Both the position numbers and the translations under genes were made by a program. A stretch of DNA of 64,000 nucleotides from Acidobacteriota bacterium (lineage in GTDB: Bacteria > Acidobacteriota > JAAYUB01). The notes beneath the pieces are model-generated. The model worked only from the letters and a program-made list of their open reading frames with translations. It did no database searches and was not told the DNA's origin. Numbering within the stretch: the stretch's first letter is position 1; each line of letters opens with the position of its first letter. Positions 58,659 through 64,000 of this stretch are shown here, piece after piece. The stretch spans positions 1,713 to 65,712 of the forward strand of contig JAFGRT010000145.1 in assembly GCA_016935015.1 (NCBI GenBank), written 5' to 3'.

Positions 58659-61124
58659 CTATTCCACCGCCGGCCGGACATACTTCTCCAGCCACTGCCA
58701 GGTCTCCCACAGCATGTGCATGATGGACTCCCGCGCCAGATACCCATGGCTTTCATGGGGCAGCATCACCAGCCGGGCGGTCCCGCCCAGTCCCTTGACG
58801 GCATCGTACAGCCGCTCGCTCTGCATGGGAAACGTGCCGGAGTTGTTGTCGGCCTCGCCGTGGATCAGCAGCAGCGGCTCGTTGATCTGGTGGGCATGCA
58901 TAAAGGGGGACATGGCGAAATAGACATCCGGCGCCTCCCAGAAGTTCCGCTCCTCGGCCTGGAAACCGAAGGGCGTCAACGTCCGGTTGTAGGCGCCGCT
59001 GCGGGCGATGCCCGCCGCGAACAAGTCCGTGTGGGCCAGCAGGTTGGCCGTCATGAAGGCGCCATAGGAATGCCCACCCACGGCCATATGTCCCTTGCGG
59101 GCCACACCGCGGCGTACCACCTCCTCCACGGCGGCGGCGGCGCCTTGTTGTAACTGCCGGATGAACGTGTCGTTGGGCTCCTCCTTCGCTTCACCGACAA
59201 TGGGGATGGCCGGATCATCCAGGACGGCATAACCGGCCGCCACCCAGATGATGGGCGACCACCAGCCCACCCGGATGAAACGGTGGGGGGAGTCCGTCAC
59301 CTGGCCGGCGGCGTCGGCGCTTTTGAATTCCTGGGGATAGGCCCACATCAGCAGGGGCAGCGGGCCCTCCACTGCCGGATCATAGCCGGGCGGCAGGTAG
59401 AGGGTGGCCGTGAGATTGACCCCGTCGGCCCGCTCATAATGGATCATCTCCTTTTGCACGTCCTTGAGCTGCGGCGTGGGATGGGGGAACGCCGTAACCT
59501 GGGTCAAGCTCTCGCCTTTGAGATGGCGAAGAAAGAAGTTGGGCGGCTCCGTCACGGATTCTCGCTGGGTCAGCGCCACCAGTTTCTCCGGGTCAAGCAG
59601 GCGGACGACCTGCTCGTAGTAAGGGGCCTCGGAGCGCCAGAGGCGCCGGGTCTTCATGTCGGCCAGCGACAGGATGTCGAGGAACGGTCGGTCGCCTTCC
59701 GGGGAGGCGCCGGCGCCGCGCAGGAAAAGTGTCTGCCCTTCGTCGGTGGTGAGGAGTACCGCCTGCCCCGCCTCGTTGCGTCGCAGCAGGGGCGAACCGG
59801 GGTCGTTGTAGCGATCTTCCAGGGAGCGGTCGAACATGAGGGTCCGGTTCACATCATCGGCACCGGGTGCGAAGCGCCAGGAGCGGATGCGGCGTGTTTT
59901 CCACCACCATTCGTTGACCAGGGCCAGGTCATCCCGGCCCCACAAAACCCCACCAAAACGCATTTCCAGGGCGAGGAGCTCACGGGACTCTTCCGTGAAC
60001 GGGGCGGTCAGCGCAAACATTTTGTCCCGAACCTTCGCCTCCGTCTTGGGGTCGCCCTGGTCCTGGGCCTCCACCCAATAGACCGTGGCCGGTGCATCCG
60101 CACGCCAGCTCACCGAGCGGGGTCCCGTCGGCACGGCGTCGAAGGCGATGGGCACGTACTCCGCCAGGGGCAGATCGGCGATGAGATGAACCACGCGGCC
60201 ACTCCGGTCCCAGATCTCCGCGCGACGCGGAAAGCGGCTGAGCGGCACGGTGTACGAAAACGGCCGGTGGATGGTCTGAACCAGGATATAGAGGCCGTCG
60301 GGCGAAGGGTCAAATCCGGCATAAATGGCCGGCTTGCCCAGCGCGGTGACCTCGCCCGTCAGGTTGACGGCGGCCAGCTGGGTGGTGGTGTAGATCTCGA
60401 ACAGCGCCTCGTCATGGGGATTCTGCAGCAGATCCTGGTAGGTGCGCGCCGGCGCCTTGCGGCCGGTGGTTTCCTGAATGACCGGTCCTGCCGGGACCAG
60501 CGGCTCGGCCGGTATCTCCACCGGCTGGGCCGGCCGCAGCTTGCATATCAGGGTTTGGTTGTCGGAAACCCATTGAAACGGCGTACCGTAGGTACTGTTG
60601 AGGATGAACTCGCCCAACCGCCGGGCCCGGGCGGTGTCCATGGCGGCCAACCACAGGGTCAGTTCATCGTTTTGGAGTACGCTGAAGGCCAGGTGACGGG
60701 CGTCGGGCGACCAGTCCACGTGCTGGATGCGTGCGTCGTCGGGCAGGCCGGTGACCGGTTTTTCGTCACCGGTCCGGATGCTTTTCAGGGTGAGCCCCGA
60801 ATAGAAGCCCCGCCGGCTGGCCGTGAAGGTCCGCGGATTGATCCGCAGGCCCGCCAGGCGCAACTCCGGCTGGGCCAGCTCATCGATGGGCATCAGATTG
60901 GGACGATCCATGATCAGCAGCCAGGTATGAGTGGGATCCACGTACACCGCCGGGGTGGGCGGGGCGTCGATGATGTCCACAATGGCCGGCGGCGGCGTCT
61001 GGTACGGAAGGGAGCCGGCCGACTGGGCGGGAACGTTTTGCGTCATACTTCCTCCCAGCACCGTCAACAGGATGACTGCACCGGTAACGGCAATGGATGG
61101 ACGATTATTCCATCTTGAAATCAT
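58659..61124 (-). CDS. Secreted S9 prolyl-oligopeptidase-family peptidase (glutamyl endopeptidase-like)
   Basis: YQTPP N-terminus, beta-propeller, GGHSYG, HGEADNN, HESHGY. Confidence 0.93.
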   Translation of the reverse strand: MISRWNNRPSIAVTGAVILLTVLGGSMTQNVPAQSAGSLPYQTPPPAIVDIIDAPPTPAVYVDPTHTWLLIMDRPNLMPIDELAQPELRLAGLRINPRTFTASRRGFYSGLTLKSIRTGDEKPVTGLPDDARIQHVDWSPDARHLAFSVLQNDELTLWLAAMDTARARRLGEFILNSTYGTPFQWVSDNQTLICKLRPAQPVEIPAEPLVPAGPVIQETTGRKAPARTYQDLLQNPHDEALFEIYTTTQLAAVNLTGEVTALGKPAIYAGFDPSPDGLYILVQTIHRPFSYTVPLSRFPRRAEIWDRSGRVVHLIADLPLAEYVPIAFDAVPTGPRSVSWRADAPATVYWVEAQDQGDPKTEAKVRDKMFALTAPFTEESRELLALEMRFGGVLWGRDDLALVNEWWWKTRRIRSWRFAPGADDVNRTLMFDRSLEDRYNDPGSPLLRRNEAGQAVLLTTDEGQTLFLRGAGASPEGDRPFLDILSLADMKTRRLWRSEAPYYEQVVRLLDPEKLVALTQRESVTEPPNFFLRHLKGESLTQVTAFPHPTPQLKDVQKEMIHYERADGVNLTATLYLPPGYDPAVEGPLPLLMWAYPQEFKSADAAGQVTDSPHRFIRVGWWSPIIWVAAGYAVLDDPAIPIVGEAKEEPNDTFIRQLQQGAAAAVEEVVRRGVARKGHMAVGGHSYGAFMTANLLAHTDLFAAGIARSGAYNRTLTPFGFQAEERNFWEAPDVYFAMSPFMHAHQINEPLLLIHGEADNNSGTFPMQSERLYDAVKGLGGTARLVMLPHESHGYLARESIMHMLWETWQWLEKYVRPAVE

Positions 61125-61270
61125 AGAATTTACCTCCAGATGTTTGACGGTGATGCGAATATATCACAGCGGTTCGTTTCACTGCCATGACGGTTGTCCC
61201 GTCTCGGGCGGGCGGCTCCGTCCGGAAATGGTGGCGGGATGAGCACCGGGTGTAGGCCGGAGCGGGGAAA

Positions 61271-61495
61271 TCAGTCTTCGGTGGCCGGCGGGGTGGACGA
61301 CGCTTGCCCCCCGGCGGAAGGAGTGGCGGATTTCTGACCGGAGGTGACGGCCCAGCCGATGACGGCACCGAACAATACACCCATGACCGGGTGCGCCGCC
61401 AGCCCTCAGGTGCTGCCGGTACAACTGGATGCCAGGTAGAGCCCGTAGCCACCGCCGGCCCCCAGCAGCAAACCCAGAATTCTCTTGAAGTACAT
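61271..61495 (-). CDS. Probable small membrane selenoprotein (DUF6132-like, CxxxxU), 74 aa with TGA readthrough
   Basis: MYFKRILGLLLGAGGGYGLYLASSCTGST-U-GLAAHPVMGVLFGAVIGWAVTSG...; in-frame TGA at 61406-61408 between two TM helices; SECIS-like hairpin follows. Confidence 0.7.
61377..61394 (-). promoter_or_regulatory. Putative bacterial SECIS element
   Basis: GCACCCG-GUCA-UGGGUGU hairpin beginning 12 nt after the UGA; loop starts with GU. Confidence 0.6.
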
Positions 61496-61784
61496 TTTCA
61501 CCGGTTCTCTTCCTTTCCGTCACATCCATCATACCAGCCGACGGCCGGCAGAACAATTTTTTCTGATGATGAAAATCCGCGAAGTGATTCCGATTCCGGC
61601 ACGTCGCGGAAAAAAACTGAAACCTTCGGCGGGGTGATGGATTAGACACTCGGACAGGCCGTCGGAGAGGCAAAGTGTATTCAGCACAGAACGTTTTCTT
61701 GAAAATTATCATCAGATTGCATAGACTGCGAAAGGCGCGCTCCGGCCGCCCGTCTCGTATTCCAGATCCGTAACGGAGGGACTC

Positions 61785-64000
61785 ATGAATTTGTCCAGTT
61801 GGCATATACCGCCAGTTCGGCGGACCGGCAGCCGGCGATCGATCCGGCCGGCCGTGATCGGGTTGCTGGTTATGCTGGGATTATCCACCGCGGTGATGGC
61901 CCAGATCAGCCAGGGCGGCACCCCGTACAGCTTTCAGAAAAACCTGACCTCGCCCGTGGATACCATCACCCTGCCCCGGGTGGACACCCAGGCCTTGCTG
62001 GCCGAGGACGAGGTGGAGGCGACCCTGGGCCTTCCCTTCCGCTTCGGCTATCCCCACGAGGTGGACCTGGGCCTGGACAACGCCGGCACCTGGGAGGAGC
62101 TGCCCGACGGCGGCCTGCTGTGGCGCCTGCGCCTGGTCTGCCCTGACGCCTACTCCATCAACCTGATTTTTTCGGAATACGATCTGCCGGCCGGCGCCGC
62201 GCTCTTCCTCTACGACGACGAAAATCGAACCCTGCTGGGATCGTTTACCCGCCGCAACAACAAGGCCCACGGCCAGTTCGCTACCGCCCCTACTTGCGGC
62301 GAGACCTGCATCCTGGAGTACTACGAGCCGCCCACCGCCGAGCAGCCCGGCCGGCTGGCCATCGCACGGGTGGTCCATGGCTACAAGAATGTCTTTTTCG
62401 GGACAACCGAGAAGGGTTTCGGCGACTCCGGCGCCTGCAACATCAACGTCAACTGTCCTGAGGGGGACGACTGGCGGGACCAGATCAATTCCGCGGGCAT
62501 GATCACCCTGGGCGGGGGGACTCGGCTCTGCTCCGGCGCCCTGGTCAACAACGTCCGCCAGGATGAGACCCCCTATTTCCTGACGGCCAACCACTGCCTC
62601 ATCGGCGACGTCAGCACCTGGGTCATCATTTTCAATTACCAGAGCCCCAGTTGCACCAACATCAACGGTTCCACCGCCGATTCCATCGCCGGCACCACCC
62701 TGGTGGCCTCCAACGCCGCCTCGGATTTCGCCCTGCTGCGGCTGAGCGAGACCCCGCCGCCGGACTACAATCCCTTCTACTCCGGCTGGTCGGCCGTGGA
62801 CACCCCCGCCGCCACCACCGTGGCCATCCACCATCCTTCGGGCGACATCAAGAAGATCTCTTTCGAAAACGACCCCGTCACGTCCTCCGACTACGAGCCG
62901 TCCCCCTATCTGGTCAATTCCCACTGGAAAGTGTGGGACTGGGATCTGGGCACCACCGAGGGCGGCTCATCCGGCTCCCCGCTCTACGATCCGTCCAAGC
63001 GCATCGTCGGCCAACTGCACGGCGGGTATGCCGCCTGCGGCAACGATCTGCCCGATTATTACGGCAAGTTTGCCATGTCGTGGAACCGTGGCGGCAGCCC
63101 CACCACCCGCCTGCGGGACTGGCTGGATCCCGACAATACGGGCGTCCTGACGCTGGACGGTTTCGGCCCCGGCACCGGTCTGCCCACCGTGACGATCACA
63201 TCACCGGCACCCCTGTCCATCGTCAGCGGTATTGTGACCATCGCGGCCACCGCCACGGACGACCAGGGCATCAGCCAGGTGGAATTTTTTATTAACAACA
63301 TCCCCCTGGGCACCGACACCACCCCGCCCTACCAGCAGGTCTGGGACACCTCCGGCTACGCCGACGGCCAGCATCAAATCAAGGCTACGGCGACCAATCT
63401 TAGCAGCGGGCAGCGCTCCACCACCATCACCGTCGTCAAGTCGGATGCCGGTTACGCCATCGTCGTGGTGGATCTGGCCTCGGACAACCAGAGCGGCACG
63501 AAAATGATCGACAGCCTCAACGCCCTGGGCTATCCGGCCGTGCAGGGCGATAGCATCACCAGCCTGGATCCGGCCCAGTATCCTCTCATGTTCGTCTGCC
63601 TGGGATATTACAGTGGCAATTATGAGCTCACCGCCGCTGACGGCACCCGTCTCCAGGCCTATCTGGATGCCGGCGGCGCCTTGTACATGGAGGGGGGCGA
63701 CACCTGGTACTATGACGATCCCACCGCCGTCCACCCGTATTTTGGCATCGAGGGGCTGTCGGACGGCACCGTCGAAAATGATCTGGGCACGGTCACCGGC
63801 CAGGCGGGCACCCCGACGGCGGGCATAAGTTTTGCCGCCGAAGGTGTGGTGACCTGGGTGGATCGGCTGGGCATCACGCCCGGCGTGACCGATGCGACGG
63901 TCATCTGGCGCTCCCAGACCAACAGCTACAGCTGCGGCATCGCCCGCGACCATGGGACCTACAAAACCATCGGCACGTCCTTCGAATTCGGCAACATTCC
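61785..64000 (+). CDS. Secreted lysyl-endopeptidase-like S1 protease with Ig-like domain; runs off the window end
   Basis: Not in the ORF track. ATG 61785 after GGAGG; signal peptide, propeptide, SGACNINVNC, CSGALVNN, LTANHC, DFALL, HHPSGD, TEGGSSGS, then a Big_7-like domain (VEFF...YQQVWDT). Confidence 0.92.
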   Translation, partial: MNLSSWHIPPVRRTGSRRSIRPAVIGLLVMLGLSTAVMAQISQGGTPYSFQKNLTSPVDTITLPRVDTQALLAEDEVEATLGLPFRFGYPHEVDLGLDNAGTWEELPDGGLLWRLRLVCPDAYSINLIFSEYDLPAGAALFLYDDENRTLLGSFTRRNNKAHGQFATAPTCGETCILEYYEPPTAEQPGRLAIARVVHGYKNVFFGTTEKGFGDSGACNINVNCPEGDDWRDQINSAGMITLGGGTRLCSGALVNNVRQDETPYFLTANHCLIGDVSTWVIIFNYQSPSCTNINGSTADSIAGTTLVASNAASDFALLRLSETPPPDYNPFYSGWSAVDTPAATTVAIHHPSGDIKKISFENDPVTSSDYEPSPYLVNSHWKVWDWDLGTTEGGSSGSPLYDPSKRIVGQLHGGYAACGNDLPDYYGKFAMSWNRGGSPTTRLRDWLDPDNTGVLTLDGFGPGTGLPTVTITSPAPLSIVSGIVTIAATATDDQGISQVEFFINNIPLGTDTTPPYQQVWDTSGYADGQHQIKATATNLSSGQRSTTITVVKSDAGYAIVVVDLASDNQSGTKMIDSLNALGYPAVQGDSITSLDPAQYPLMFVCLGYYSGNYELTAADGTRLQAYLDAGGALYMEGGDTWYYDDPTAVHPYFGIEGLSDGTVENDLGTVTGQAGTPTAGISFAAEGVVTWVDRLGITPGVTDATVIWRSQTNSYSCGIARDHGTYKTIGTSFEFGNI

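Overview
GC-rich bacterial chromosomal window with about 47 genes and one tRNA-Gln(CTG). No integrase, transposase, CRISPR array or rRNA was seen. The gene repertoire (PadR + FtsX-like permease, two DUF5916 proteins, tricorn protease, many secreted hydrolases) suggests a diderm, proteolytic heterotroph, possibly Acidobacteriota-like; this is an inference. Housekeeping and signalling genes include clpB, grpE, trmFO, an RluA-family synthase, a ClC protein, an HD-GYP protein, an FHA-GAF-PP2C phosphatase, a PilZ protein and a sigma54 two-component module. Two items stand out. (1) A tightly coupled six-gene minus-strand operon at 28418-36026 looks like an uncharacterised RiPP system. It encodes a giant gingipain(C25)-family protein, a PqqD/RRE protein, a radical SAM/SPASM enzyme, a 56-aa Cys-rich precursor with a lasso-like YxxPxL leader and a C-terminal Ser, an HprK-like kinase and a soluble S26 peptidase. 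(2) A small membrane gene missing from the ORF track (61271-61495, minus strand) has an in-frame TGA at a Cys-equivalent position followed by a SECIS-like hairpin, i.e. a probable selenoprotein. Also notable are two near-consensus sigma54 promoters with palindromic upstream sites (one in front of grpE-clpB), a hyper-acidic 172-aa protein and two pseudogene-like remnants. All calls come from manual motif reading; no database searches were run.
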